Shown here piece after piece: positions 1 through 11,540 of a stretch of DNA of 64,000 nucleotides. The stretch is from assembly GCA_963704885.1 (NCBI GenBank), contig CAVPIB010000004.1, positions 608,001-672,000 of the forward strand. Reading direction: 5' to 3'. Within the stretch, counting starts at the first letter, position 1. Each line of letters starts with the position of its first letter. This DNA is from an uncultured Actinomycetes bacterium. GTDB lineage: Bacteria; Actinomycetota; UBA4738; HRBIN12. A program made the translations under genes and the position numbers. Under the pieces are notes generated by a model that worked only from the letters and a program-made list of their open reading frames with translations, ran no database searches and had not been told where the DNA came from.

Positions 1-1293
1 CTGGGGCTGTTTCAAGACCTCGACCACCCGTGCGCCGCGCGCCAGCTGTTGCTGCGACGCCTTATCCAGCTCGGAGCCGAACTGCGCGAACGCCTCGAGG
101 GCGCGGAACTGGGCCAGGTCCAGGCGGAGACGGCCCGCAACCTTCTTCATCGCCTTGACCTGCGCGTTTCCTCCCACTCGGGAGACCGAGATGCCGACGT
201 TGATAGCGGGACGCACTCCGGAGAAGAAGAGCTCGGGCTCCAGGTAGATCTGACCGTCCGTGATCGAGATCACGTTGGTCGGGATGTAAGCCGACACGTC
301 GCCGCCCTTGGTCTCGATGATCGGGAGCGCCGTGAGCGAGCCCGCGCCAAGTTCATCGGAGAGCTTGGCCGCGCGCTCCAACAGCCTGGAATGGAGGTAG
401 AAGACGTCGCCAGGGTAAGCCTCGCGCCCCGGTGGGCGCCGGAGCAGCAGCGAGATCTCGCGGTACGCCACGGCCTGCTTCGACAGGTCGTCGTAGATCA
501 CGAGCGCGCTGTCGCCCTGATACATCCAGTGGGCGCCGAACGCCGCGCCCGCGTACGGAGCGATGTATTGGAAGGGGGCCGGGTCCGACGCTGCGGCGAT
601 CACCACGACCGTGTAGTCGAGCGCTCCGTTCTCACGGAGTGTCTCCACGACCTCGGCCACCGTGGACGCCTTCTGGCCGATGGCCACGTAGATGCACTTC
701 ACGGCGTTGGGCGTTCCCCAGTTCTCGCGCTGCGCGATGATCGCGTCGATCGCCACGGCCGTCTTGCCGGTCTTCTGGTCGCCGATGATCAGCTGACGCT
801 GACCACGACCGATCGCGGTCATCGCGTCGATCGCCGATATCCCGGTGTAAAGAGGCTCCTTCACCGGTTGGCGAGAAACGACGTTCGGGGCCTGCACCTC
901 CAGGTTGCGCGTGGTGTCCGACTGGATCGGTCCCTTGTCGTCGAGAGGTCTGCCGAGCGCGTCGACGACCCGCCCGAGGAACCCGTCTCCAACGGGGACC
1001 GACAGGATGCGACCCGTCTGCTTGACCGCATCACCCTCCTCGATCTTGTCAGACTCGCCCAGGATGATGCAGCCGATCTCCGCCTCTTCCAGGTTGAACG
1101 CGAGACCGAAGACCCCGCCGGGGAACTCGAGCAGCTCGTTCGCCATCGCTCTGGGCAGGCCCTGGACGCGCGCGATGCCGTCGCCGGCCTCCGAGACGCG
1201 CCCAACCTCTTCGCGATCGACAGACGGGGTCCAGCTCTCGACGTTCCGTCTGAGCGCCTCCGCGATCTTCGACGGGTCGATATCTAATGCCAT
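1..1293 (-). CDS. atpA: F1 ATP synthase subunit alpha (3' end outside the window)
   Basis: Not in the ORF track because it runs off the window. Reverse translation from ATG at 1293 gives [14 protein letters not shown]...GDGIAR...[15 protein letters not shown]...[24 protein letters not shown]. Start overlaps the atpH stop (TGATG). Confidence 0.97.
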   Translation of the reverse strand, partial: MALDIDPSKIAEALRRNVESWTPSVDREEVGRVSEAGDGIARVQGLPRAMANELLEFPGGVFGLAFNLEEAEIGCIILGESDKIEEGDAVKQTGRILSVPVGDGFLGRVVDALGRPLDDKGPIQSDTTRNLEVQAPNVVSRQPVKEPLYTGISAIDAMTAIGRGQRQLIIGDQKTGKTAVAIDAIIAQRENWGTPNAVKCIYVAIGQKASTVAEVVETLRENGALDYTVVVIAAASDPAPFQYIAPYAGAAFGAHWMYQGDSALVIYDDLSKQAVAYREISLLLRRPPGREAYPGDVFYLHSRLLERAAKLSDELGAGSLTALPIIETKGGDVSAYIPTNVISITDGQIYLEPELFFSGVRPAINVGISVSRVGGNAQVKAMKKVAGRLRLDLAQFRALEAFAQFGSELDKASQQQLARGARVVEVLKQPQ

Positions 1294-1832
1294 CACACGC
1301 TCCCTAGTGCTTGCTTGGCGTCCTCGAGACGGCTCGCGATAGAGCCGTCGAAAACCTCGTCGCCCACACGGGCGATCACGCCGCCGACCACGGATGGGTC
1401 GACCACGACCTTCACGTCGACCTGGCGTCCGGTGGCGCGTGAGAGGGCCTGCGCCAGGCGCTCGCGCTGCTCGGGAGAAAGCTCTACGGCCGTGCGGACC
1501 TCGGCCAACGCGTGTTCGCGCTCGGCGGATGCCATCCGGGCCAGCTCGTCCACGATCTTCGGCAACTCACGGGCATGACCGGCGTCGATGACGAATCCGA
1601 GCAGGTTGATGGTGACCGGGTTCGCCTGGCCGCCGAGCAGCTCTCCCAGTACCGCCTTCTTGTTCTCGACCGGCAGCGCGGCATCCGTCAGCGACTCCCG
1701 CAGCTCCGTGTGCCGCTCGAGGGCCTTCCCGAACGCGTACAGCTCGTCCTCGACGGCCGTCAGGGCGTCCTCGGCGCGCGCCACAGCGAACATCGCCTGC
1801 GCGTACCCGCCGATGAGTGCATCTTTCGTCAC
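1293..1832 (-). CDS. atpH: ATP synthase subunit delta
   Basis: YAQAMF N-terminus, [23 protein letters not shown]-terminal motif; position in atp operon. Confidence 0.95.
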   Translation of the reverse strand: MTKDALIGGYAQAMFAVARAEDALTAVEDELYAFGKALERHTELRESLTDAALPVENKKAVLGELLGGQANPVTINLLGFVIDAGHARELPKIVDELARMASAEREHALAEVRTAVELSPEQRERLAQALSRATGRQVDVKVVVDPSVVGGVIARVGDEVFDGSIASRLEDAKQALGSV

Positions 1833-1833
1833 G

Positions 1834-2385
1834 TCAGTTCTGTCCGTTCCCGGAGGCGACCTGGTCGATGTACTCGTCGATCAGCCGTTCGTGGGAAGAC
1901 GTGTCGAGCTCGGCGCCCACGACCTTGCCGGCCAGCTCGACGGCGATCTCGCCCACCTGGGTACGCAGCTCCTGGAAGACCCGGTCGCGTTCCGCTCGGA
2001 TCTCTTCCTGGGCACGCTGGACGATCGTCTGCGATTCCTGCTCGGCCTTCGCCTGCAGGTCAACACGCAACTGATCCGCCGTCCGACGAGCCTCCTCGAT
2101 GATCCGGTTGGCCTCGTCGCGGGCGCCGGCGAGCTGCTCCCGGTAGTCCGCGAGCTGAGCGTCGGCCTCCTGGTGAGACTGCTCAGCCTTCTCCATCTCG
2201 CCCTGGATCTGCTCGCGCCGTTGCTCCAGGAGCACGCTCACGCGGGGCAGCACCCACTTCCACATGAAGAAGAAGATGATCGCGAAAGCGACCGCGCCGA
2301 CGATCAGCTCCGCCGCGTGGGGATACAGGTTCTCTTTGTCGCTTGCCGCTGCCTCGGCCAGAAGGCCGAGCGTGAGACCGAGCAT
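1834..2385 (-). CDS. atpF: ATP synthase F0 subunit b
   Basis: Single N-terminal TM helix followed by a long charged coiled coil; operon position. Confidence 0.95.
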   Translation of the reverse strand: MLGLTLGLLAEAAASDKENLYPHAAELIVGAVAFAIIFFFMWKWVLPRVSVLLEQRREQIQGEMEKAEQSHQEADAQLADYREQLAGARDEANRIIEEARRTADQLRVDLQAKAEQESQTIVQRAQEEIRAERDRVFQELRTQVGEIAVELAGKVVGAELDTSSHERLIDEYIDQVASGNGQN

Positions 2386-2399
2386 CGCTCCCCCTCCTG

Positions 2400-3449
<1,050 letters not shown>

Positions 3450-3453
<4 letters not shown>

Positions 3454-3869
3454 GGCCGCCGCGCTTCCTCGAACGTCCAGAGGTCGGCCTGCATCCGTCC
3501 GGAAAGCGCCTTGGTCTCATAGATGAGGAGCGCGACGACCGCCGGCACCAACGTGAGCGCGAAGGCAACGGGCGAGAACCAGGGCATCTGGTTCAGCAGT
3601 ACTAGGGCCAGCGTGTAGATGATCAGTCGGATCGCGTATCCACCCAGCGCCACGACGCTCACGAGCGTCGGCGAGATCGTCGCGGCCCAGGCGATCGACA
3701 GGGCGTTCGCCACGAAGTTCAGGTAGACGATCGCGATCGCGATCACCGCTGACCATCCGGACGATGGGCCGCCGAAGAGCGCCCCGATCGCATAAGCGGC
3801 GACCGCGGCGAGAACGGCGAACGGCGTCACGCGGCGGATCAGCTCGCGCTCGGGCTCAGTCCCCGTCAC
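3450..3869 (-). CDS. atpI: ATP synthase protein I (AtpI-like, 4 TM)
   Basis: Hydrophobic 139-aa ORF overlapping atpB start; typical position. Confidence 0.75.
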
Positions 3870-4086
3870 CCTCTCCCCTCCCGTACCGCAACCAGATGGT
3901 GTAGACCCCGGCGACCCCTCCGAGCACGAAGCCGATCGGCAGGAACACGTGCTCGATGCCCAGCAGTCGATCGACCAGGTACCCCAACGCCCCGAGGGTG
4001 GCGATCCCGCCGATCATCGTGGAGGTGATCGCCCAGCCGGTTCCCATGCCCGACCACTGGTCGCTCCGCTGCTCGTTGGCGGCCAT
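3856..4086 (-). CDS. AtpZ/AtpI-family small membrane protein
   Basis: MAANEQRSDQWSG...LGYLVDRLLG...GFVLGGVAG is the C-terminal 76 aa of track ORF 3856..5142; two TM segments with the GxxxD motif; first gene of the atp operon. Confidence 0.75.
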   Translation of the reverse strand: MAANEQRSDQWSGMGTGWAITSTMIGGIATLGALGYLVDRLLGIEHVFLPIGFVLGGVAGVYTIWLRYGRGEGDGD

Positions 4087-4095
4087 GGGCGCCAC

Positions 4096-4125
4096 AGTAT
4101 AGGCGGCGCCTCGGAACGGCGTCAA
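4096..4125 (-). promoter_or_regulatory. Housekeeping sigma70-type promoter of the atp operon
   Basis: Minus strand TTGACG-N18-TATACT, with the -10 lying 9 nt before the ATG at 4086 (leaderless or near-leaderless). Confidence 0.7.
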
Positions 4126-4174
4126 AGCTCGCGAGCCAGCGTTTCCGCAGGTCAGGGGCGGTTTCCTTGTGAGC

Positions 4175-4192
4175 TTGTGAAAGGATTCACGA
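4175..4192. promoter_or_regulatory. Probable Rex operator (CRP-type site not excluded)
   Basis: TTGTGAAAGGATTCACGA, one mismatch from the Rex consensus TTGTGAA-N4-TTCACAA, about 50 bp upstream of the atp -35. Confidence 0.65.
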
Positions 4193-4268
4193 AGTCTGAC
4201 TGGGCCTAGACCGACGGAGGCCGAGACGACGCACCAGTGACGTCCCAGGTCCTCGCCGACCGCCGAGC

Positions 4269-5126
4269 CTACCCGGCAGCTTTCCGGCTCGCTCGGAAGC
4301 TCCCGATCAGGTTGGCGCCAGCGCCGAAGAGTCCGGCAGCGAACAGGATCGTTCCCCAGACGTTCACCTGCGGCGGAACGCCGATCCTCGATGCGCCGAA
4401 CACCCATGTCGGGAAAGTGTTGACCGAACCACCGACGAAGTTCGTGATCACGAAGTCGTCCAGCGAGAGCACGAACGCCAGCAAGAAGCCCGCCACGATC
4501 CCGGGCAGGATGAGAGGCAGCGTGACCTTCATGAAGGCCCGGAAGGGTGTCGCGAACAGATCCTGTGCGGCGTTCTCCAACGATCGGTCGAGTCCCTGGA
4601 CGCGAGCTCGCACCGTGATGGCCACGAACGCGATCGAGAACCCGATATGGCTGAATAGGATCGATCCGTATCCGATCGGCGTCTTCGCGAGCACGAACAT
4701 CGACAACAGCGATGAAGCCAGCACGATCTCCGGGACCGCGATGGCGAGGAAGATCACGAAGTTCGTCGGCCCTCGACCGCGGAAGGAGTACCGGCCCAGC
4801 ACCAGGCCGATCAGCGTCCCAAGCGCGGTCGCGACGATCGCCGCCGGGATGGCCACGAGGATCGACGTCTTCAATGCCTCGTTGAGCCCCGGGATCGCGA
4901 ACAGCTCGCCCCACCAGGTCAGCGTGCAGCAGGTGAACTTGGCGATCTGCCTCTGCCCCACGAGCTTGTTGAACGAGAACAGGATCATGACGAATACGGG
5001 ACTCGCCAGGTAGAAGATCATCAAGCCCGTGAACACCGGCAGGATGTACGCGGTCCACCTCTTGCGCTTGGTGCGCAGCGGCGGACGATCCACCGCCACT
5101 CCTTCGTCCACGACGACCGCGCTCAT
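4269..5126 (-). CDS. Spermidine/putrescine-type ABC transporter permease (PotC-like)
   Basis: EAA-like loop SLENAAQDLFA, FVLSLDDFVIT motif. Confidence 0.88.
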   Translation of the reverse strand: MSAVVVDEGVAVDRPPLRTKRKRWTAYILPVFTGLMIFYLASPVFVMILFSFNKLVGQRQIAKFTCCTLTWWGELFAIPGLNEALKTSILVAIPAAIVATALGTLIGLVLGRYSFRGRGPTNFVIFLAIAVPEIVLASSLLSMFVLAKTPIGYGSILFSHIGFSIAFVAITVRARVQGLDRSLENAAQDLFATPFRAFMKVTLPLILPGIVAGFLLAFVLSLDDFVITNFVGGSVNTFPTWVFGASRIGVPPQVNVWGTILFAAGLFGAGANLIGSFRASRKAAG

Positions 5127-6086
5127 AGAGCTCCCGCCGCAAGCGTCGAGTCCTCGGTGCCGAGGGCTTTGGCGTAGGCCACGGCGATCACGAGCATGCC
5201 GATCATCAGGATCACAGACAGGGCGGCGGCCTCCGGATAGTCCGCCTGGCGCAAGAACTTGGTCTGGATGATCTGGCCGATCATCGTGGTGCGGTTGGAC
5301 CCCAGCACCGTCGAGTTCACGTAGTCGCCCGTCGCCGGCACGAAGGTGAGGATGAGCGCGGCGAACAGACCCGGGAAGGACAGCGGCAGCACGACCTTAC
5401 GGAACGCCTGGAAGCGTGAGGCGTACAGATCCTTGGCGGCCTCGACGAGGCGCTTGTCGATCCGGTCGAGCGCTACGAAAAGAGGCAAGAACGTGAACGG
5501 CAGGAAGTTGTAGGTGATGCCGGATACCACCGCCACAGGGGTCGCCAGCACCCGGAAGTCTTCGGGCAGGAGTCCGATGCTCTTCAGCGGACCGAACAGC
5601 AGGCCGTCGTCGGCCAGGATGAAGTTCCACTGCACGGTGCGGATCACGAACGAAACGAAGAACGGCACGAGGATCAGGAAGAACAGCGTCGACTTCCACT
5701 TGCCGGCGTAGAAAGCGATCCAGTAAGCCATGGGGAACGCGAGCAGGATCGCGAGCACGGTCGCCAGACCCGAATACAACAGCGACCTCGCGAAGAAGGT
5801 CTTGGACGAGGAGAAGGCGTCCGCATAGTTGTCGAACGCCCAGGTGAAGCTGTATCCACCCGACAGCAGGCCACCGCTCTGCAGCGACGTGTAGACGACC
5901 AGGATGAGCGGCACGATGAAGGCGAGGACCAGGTAGATCGCCCCGGGGCCCAAGATCGCCGTACGCCACGCGACGCTGCCGGCGGGCCAGGAACTGATCC
6001 GCACGCTTAGGTGGTTCGCCGCCCTCCCCGCCGGTCGCGGTCGCGGCCGCCAGCGCCGCCTCGAGGTCGCGTTCTCCGTTCGCCAC
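5123..6086 (-). CDS. Spermidine/putrescine-type ABC transporter permease (PotB-like); apparent frameshift near 5975
   Basis: LVEAAKDLYAS loop, LILVPFFVSFVIRT. Probable true start GTG at 6086 (ANGERDLEAALAA...) lies in a different frame from the body (track ORF 5123..6004). Confidence 0.82.
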
Positions 6087-6091
6087 GAGAT

Positions 6092-7398
6092 CTAGCTCTC
6101 GGTCACCGGGATGAAGATCGCGTCCCATTCCTCGCGCTCGTCGTCGGTCGTGAGGTTGCGACCGAACGGGGTCCTCGCGAGCAGGGCGTCATCGGGCCAC
6201 AGGAGCGGGCTGTCCGCGGTCTGCCTGAAGGTCCTTGGCGGTCGCGCCTTTCTCCTCGGCGGCATGCTGGGCGATCAGGTCCTGGACCGCAGACACGGGC
6301 GACATATAGAGCACCCACTCGGTGATCAGCTGGGCGATCTCGGGCTTGTAACACCCAATCCATCAGCTGGTAGGCGCCCTGGGGATTGGCCGAGTTGGCC
6401 GGGATCAGCATGTTGTCGATCCACAGCAGCGCGCCGCCATCGGGCACGATGAACTCGAACGGCTGGTCCTCCCAGATCTTGTAGTAGAGGACGTCGCCCG
6501 ACCAGGCCATCGAGGCCGCCAGGTTGCCTGCCGTGAAGTCGTCGACGTAGCCCTGATCGTAGAACTTCCGCAGGGTGCCGGAGGCCTTCAGCTTCTCGAT
6601 CCAGTCGGCGGCTTCCTTCCATTCCTCCGGTCCCGACTCCGAGGGGACGATGCCGAGGTTGATCATGACCACGTCGGGCATGTCGCCGGTGATCATGCCG
6701 ACCGAGTTCGTTCCGACGATATCGGGGTTCATCAGGTCGTCGAGCTTCGTGAGCGGTTGGCTCACCTTCTCGGTGTTCCACCCCATGCCGGTGAGGCCGG
6801 ACTGCCACGCCATCGAGAACTTGTTCCCGGGATCGAAGTCCGGGTCCTTGGCCCAGGAAGCCGCGTTGGCATCGAAGTTGGGCCGCCTCGACGGGTCCAG
6901 CTCGGTGAGCCAGCCGTTGACGAGCAACGCTGTGAGCTCACGGCCGTTCGTGATCACGATGATGTCGCGACCGGTGTCCTGGCCCGCCTGCAGCTGCGGC
7001 AGGAGCTCGCCGAAGAACGAATCGTTGGCCTGGATCTCATCGTTGTAGTTGACCTTGATGCCGGTCGCGTCCGTGAAGGCCACCAACGAAGGATTGACGC
7101 GCTGGCCGGTCTCCTTGTCCTTGGCCTGGTCGATGTAAAGCGGCCAGTTGGCGAAGTCGATCTCGGCACCCGGCTCGGCGCCGAAGTCGACCGTCTGACC
7201 GGTAGGTTCCTCTCCGCCTCCGTCGCCGCCCCCGCCGTTGCCACCGCCGCACGCCGCCAAGATCGACGCGAGGCTCAACGTGCCGACCGAGACCCCTCCG
7301 TACTTGATCAGGTTGCGACGCGAGAGCCTGCGCTCGGTCATGCCGCGCATGAGCGAGGCGGCGAACACCGGGTCGATCTGATTGCGATCCCTGGTCAT
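6092..7398 (-). CDS. Polyamine ABC transporter substrate-binding lipoprotein (PotD/PotF-like, Tat signal); two apparent frameshifts near 6350 and 6225
   Basis: SRRNLIK twin-arginine motif plus LAAC lipobox; FANWPLYID, MAWSGD, LLWIDNMLIP. The C-terminus continues in other frames (YKPEIAQLITEWVLYMSP...WDAIFIPVTES stop). Confidence 0.85.
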
Positions 7399-8537
7399 GC
7401 TTGCTCCTCCTCCATCGTCAGGCCCTCCTGGGGAGCGACCGCGAACGTATGCTCGGGCTTCCACGAGACCGTTACACCCTCACCCTGTCGCGGCGCTTCT
7501 TCGTGGCCGAGGTTCTGCACGTAAGCGGTCATGATCGTGCCGCCGACAGATTCGATCTTGTACTGGTGACTCACGCCTATGTACGTGGACATCGTCACCC
7601 GTCCCGACACCCTGTTGAACCCGGCGGGAACGTCTGCGTCGTCGCCCCGGGAGATGGTGAGTTTCTCGGGGCGAACGCCCACTTTCACGGTGCCCTGCGC
7701 ATCGGAGGGCAACCGGGAACTCGGCAGGGTGACCGACCCGCCGGCCGAAAGCGACACGGTTGCCATGCCGTTCGACCCCTCCCCGAGCTGGCCCTCGAGC
7801 ATGTTCGAAGCGCCCAGGAACCCGGCGACGAACTCGGTGGCAGGGTTCTCATAGACCATCTCGGGCTCCCCCAGCTGCTCGATCTTGCCGAGACGCATGA
7901 CCGCGAGACGGTTCGACATGGTCATGGCCTCCTCCTGGTCGTGCGTCACGTAGATGAACGTGATCCCGACCTCCTGCTGGATGCGCTTGAGCTCTAGCTG
8001 CATCTGCTTGCGGAGCTTCATGTCGAGCGCACCGAGTGGCTCATCGAGCAGAAGCACCTGGGGGTGGTTCACGAGCGCTCGAGCGAGAGCCACGCGCTGC
8101 TGCTGACCACCAGACATCTGCGGAGGCTTGCGCTTCTCGAACCCGATGAGGTCGACCAAGGTCATCGCCTCCTTGACCCGGGTCTCGAGCTGGCTCTTGT
8201 CGACCTTCTTGCGCCGCAGTCCGAACGCCACGTTCTCGTAGACATCGAGGTGCGGGAAGAGCGCGTAGGACTGGAACACTGTGTTGACGTCGCGCCTGTA
8301 TGGAGGCAGGTCGGTGACGTCACGTCCGCCCAGATACACGGTGCCGTACGTGGGGTCCTCGAAGCCGCCTATCATGCGGAGCGTGGTGGTCTTGCCACAA
8401 CCCGACGGTCCGAGCAACGAGAAGAACTCGCCTTCAAGGATGTCGAGAGACAGGTCGTCCACCGCGGCCGCGTCCCCGAAGAGCTTGGAGACTCGATCGA
8501 GGCGCACATCGATCTCAGGCACGTCCACTCCCTTCAA
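7395..8537 (-). CDS. Polyamine ABC transporter ATP-binding protein (PotA-like)
   Basis: GPSGCGKTT Walker [38 protein letters not shown]-like C-terminus. Confidence 0.92.
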   Translation of the reverse strand: MKGVDVPEIDVRLDRVSKLFGDAAAVDDLSLDILEGEFFSLLGPSGCGKTTTLRMIGGFEDPTYGTVYLGGRDVTDLPPYRRDVNTVFQSYALFPHLDVYENVAFGLRRKKVDKSQLETRVKEAMTLVDLIGFEKRKPPQMSGGQQQRVALARALVNHPQVLLLDEPLGALDMKLRKQMQLELKRIQQEVGITFIYVTHDQEEAMTMSNRLAVMRLGKIEQLGEPEMVYENPATEFVAGFLGASNMLEGQLGEGSNGMATVSLSAGGSVTLPSSRLPSDAQGTVKVGVRPEKLTISRGDDADVPAGFNRVSGRVTMSTYIGVSHQYKIESVGGTIMTAYVQNLGHEEAPRQGEGVTVSWKPEHTFAVAPQEGLTMEEEQA

Positions 8538-8604
8538 GCTTCGCGCGCATCATGCCACAGCACCCGGTCACAGGTCACGGGGGCCCACACGACGATCACC
8601 GGTG

Positions 8605-9765
8605 TCAGGCCGAGACGTCGGGGGCGGCGTCATCGGGCCGGCCGGGCGTGGCTCCCACTTCATCAGCGACCTCAGCCTGGCTCCGCCAGCGCGCCAATCG
8701 GGGGAAAGCGGTGGCCGCGAACAACACGAGCGCCCCCAGCACTACGGCTCCGACGGCCAGCCGCCCATCGATCAACCCGACCGCCAGCGCGCTGGCCGAG
8801 ATCAGCGCGCTCCACAGGTACATCAGCAGCACCGCCCCTCGATGGCTATGGCCGATGTCCAGCAGACGATGGTGAACATGCTCCTTATCCGCCTGCCCGA
8901 TCCCCTTGCCCCTCCACGTTCTTCGGACGACCGCGAGCGCCACATCCAGGATGGGGATCGCCAACACCAGCAGAGGGACGAGCACGGTCCCCGCGATTGC
9001 CGCCAGGTCGCCGGCACCCGGTGGATACGGATTGCGCCCGACGCCCGAGAGCGTGGCGATCGTGAGCAACATGCCGAGCAACATGGACCCGGAGTCGCCC
9101 ATGAAGATCCGCGCAGGAAAGAAGTTCCAGGGGAGGAACCCCAGGCAGATCCCGACCGTGATGGCCGACAGCAGCGCCGCCGAGGAGGCGTCGCCCTCGA
9201 ACGTGCTCGGCGTGCGGGTCATGTAGATGAAGAACGCAGTCGCGGCGATCGCAACCATCCCCGCCGCCAATCCATCCAGGCCGTCGACCAGGTTCACGGC
9301 GTTCACCACGAGCACCAGCCACAGGATGGTGAGCGGCACCGCCAGATCAGAGCTGACCGAGACGATCGCCGCGCTGGGGAACCAGAAGTACACGACCTGC
9401 ACGCCAAGGAGGATGAGCAAGCCCCCGATGAAGACCTGCGCCGTGAACTTGGCCAGCGCCGACGTGCCTCGCTTGTCGTCGATCGCGCCCAGTCCGACCA
9501 TCGCCGTGCACGTGACGAGTGCTGCGAGCGGCACCGAACTAGCATCGTTCATCTCCGAGAAGAACGGCAAGAAGCGCGATACGCCCAGGCCGACCAGGAA
9601 CCCCGCGTACATCGCAACCCCGCCCATGGTCGGCGTCGCCCTCGGGTGGACCTTCCGGTCGGAGGGGTGATCGATGGCACCCCAGCGCACGACCAGCCGG
9701 CGGACGAGCGGAGTGATCGCGAACGTCGTCCCGGCGCAGGCCAGGAACACCCAAAGGTAGGCCAT
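8605..9765 (-). CDS. MraY/WecA-family undecaprenyl(decaprenyl)-phosphate GlcNAc-1-phosphate transferase
   Basis: NAVNLVDGLDGLA, FMGDSGS, DKEHVHHRL motifs; usual position upstream of atp. Confidence 0.9.
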   Translation of the reverse strand: MAYLWVFLACAGTTFAITPLVRRLVVRWGAIDHPSDRKVHPRATPTMGGVAMYAGFLVGLGVSRFLPFFSEMNDASSVPLAALVTCTAMVGLGAIDDKRGTSALAKFTAQVFIGGLLILLGVQVVYFWFPSAAIVSVSSDLAVPLTILWLVLVVNAVNLVDGLDGLAAGMVAIAATAFFIYMTRTPSTFEGDASSAALLSAITVGICLGFLPWNFFPARIFMGDSGSMLLGMLLTIATLSGVGRNPYPPGAGDLAAIAGTVLVPLLVLAIPILDVALAVVRRTWRGKGIGQADKEHVHHRLLDIGHSHRGAVLLMYLWSALISASALAVGLIDGRLAVGAVVLGALVLFAATAFPRLARWRSQAEVADEVGATPGRPDDAAPDVSA

Positions 9766-9817
9766 CAGTCCCCGCTCAGCCTGCGCTTACCCAGGGCATC
9801 CGCCATCGGGAGGACTG

Positions 9818-11086
9818 TCAATCGGGGTAGACGGGGAATCGGCCCATGAGCTCGCGTACTCGGCCTCGCGCGGCGTCCTTCACGGCCCGATCGTCCGGAT
9901 GACGCAGGACATCGCCCATGACGCCGGAGACCTCCTTCATCTCGGGCTCGTCCATGCCGAGCGTGGCCGGGCCGGGCGTGCCGACGCGGATGCCCGAGGG
10001 CGTCGAGGGCGGCTGAGTATCGAACGGTATCGCGTTCTTGTTGATCGAGATCCCGACCTCATCCATCACGCGTTCCGCGTCCTTGCCACTCACCCCGAGC
10101 GGGCGAACGTCGGCGAGCACCAGATGTGAATCCGTGCCGCCCGAGACGATCCGCAGACCCTCGTCGCCCATCCCCTGGGCCAAGGCGCGTGCCGTCCTCA
10201 CCACCCGGTGCGCGTAATCCTGGTAGCCGGGCGTCATGGCCTCCTTGAGCGCCACGGCCTTCCCGGCGATGCAGTGCTCGAGCGGCCCACCCTGCATCAT
10301 CGGGAAGACCGCCTTGTCGATCGCCTTCGCGTGTTCCTCACGACAGAGGATCATCGCGCCTCGCGGTCCCCTAAGCGCCTTGTGTGTGGTGAACGTCACC
10401 ACGTCGGCGTGCGGTACCGGCGATGGATAGGCTCCGCCGGCCACCAGCCCGATGAAGTGCGACGCGTCGACCCACAGGAGCGCGCCCACCTCGTCACAGA
10501 TCTGCCTGAAGGCAGCGAAGTCGATCTCACGCGGGTACGCGGTGTAGCCCGCGAGGATGATCGTGGGCTTGTGCTCCTTGGCCAGGTCGCGGATGCTGTC
10601 CATGTCCAAGCGCTCGGTCTGCTGGTCCACCTCGTAGGCCACGAAGTTGAACCACATGCCGCTGACGTTCACCGGCGAGCCGTGGGTCAGGTGCCCTCCG
10701 TGCGCGAGCGCCATGCCAAGCACCTTGTCCTTGGGGTTGCCCGGCTCCAGGAACGCACCGAACACCGCCATGTTCGCCTGCGCGCCGGCGTGCGGTTGCA
10801 CGTTCGCGTGGTCGGCACCGAAGAGTTCCTTCGCTCGGTCGATCGCCAGCTGCTCCGTCACGTCGACGAACTCGCACCCCCCGTAGTACCTGCGGCCCGG
10901 GTATCCCTCCGCGTACTTGTTGTTCATGGAGGATCCGATCGCCGCGAGCACCGCCGGACTCGCGTAGTTCTCAGAGGCGATGAGGCGAAGGGTCGTGCGC
11001 TCGCGCTCCAGCTCATTCGCGATCGCCGAGGCCACCTCGGGATCGGCTGCTTTCAGCGCGTCCCAGCTAGCTGCGTAGTCCCTCAT
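9818..11086 (-). CDS. glyA: Serine hydroxymethyltransferase
   Basis: LIASENY, NKYAEGYPGRRYYGG, GGHLTHG, TTHKALRGPRG. Confidence 0.98.
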   Translation of the reverse strand: MRDYAASWDALKAADPEVASAIANELERERTTLRLIASENYASPAVLAAIGSSMNNKYAEGYPGRRYYGGCEFVDVTEQLAIDRAKELFGADHANVQPHAGAQANMAVFGAFLEPGNPKDKVLGMALAHGGHLTHGSPVNVSGMWFNFVAYEVDQQTERLDMDSIRDLAKEHKPTIILAGYTAYPREIDFAAFRQICDEVGALLWVDASHFIGLVAGGAYPSPVPHADVVTFTTHKALRGPRGAMILCREEHAKAIDKAVFPMMQGGPLEHCIAGKAVALKEAMTPGYQDYAHRVVRTARALAQGMGDEGLRIVSGGTDSHLVLADVRPLGVSGKDAERVMDEVGISINKNAIPFDTQPPSTPSGIRVGTPGPATLGMDEPEMKEVSGVMGDVLRHPDDRAVKDAARGRVRELMGRFPVYPD

Positions 11087-11087
11087 A

Positions 11088-11540
11088 TCAGAGCTCCTCT
11101 CGTTCGATCATGGCGATCTGGTTAACCCTGGGTACGTGTCGTCCGCCCTCGAACGGCGTGGCGAGCCACACACGGACGATCTCCTTCGCGTAGGCGGCCG
11201 CGATCACCCGTGCCCCGAGGCTCAGCACGTTCGCGTCGTTGTGCTCGCGCGCCAACCGAGCGGTATACAGGTCCTGACACAGGGCCGCGCGGATGCCGCG
11301 GATCTTGTTCGCGGCGATCTGCTCTCCCTGGCCGGATCCCCCGACCACGATCCCAGCGTCGGCGCGACCCTCGGCGACCTCCCGTGCCACAGCCGCGCAG
11401 AAGACCGGATAGTCGACGGGGACCTCAGAGTCGGTCCCACAGTCGATCACCTCGTGTCCCTCTTCGACCAGGAACACCTTCAGCTCCTCCTTCAGCGCGA
11501 AGCCCGCATGGTCGGCACCCATCGCGATCAGCACGCTCAC
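11088..11540 (-). CDS. rpiB: Ribose-5-phosphate isomerase B
   Basis: GADHAGF, DYP, GGSGQGEQIAANK, REHNDANVL, FEGGRH. Confidence 0.95.
   Translation of the reverse strand: MSVLIAMGADHAGFALKEELKVFLVEEGHEVIDCGTDSEVPVDYPVFCAAVAREVAEGRADAGIVVGGSGQGEQIAANKIRGIRAALCQDLYTARLAREHNDANVLSLGARVIAAAYAKEIVRVWLATPFEGGRHVPRVNQIAMIEREEL

Noticed and set aside
49-1287. 412-aa plus-strand ORF
   Set aside because: Antisense shadow of atpA, which the track missed because it runs off the window; typical of high-GC DNA.
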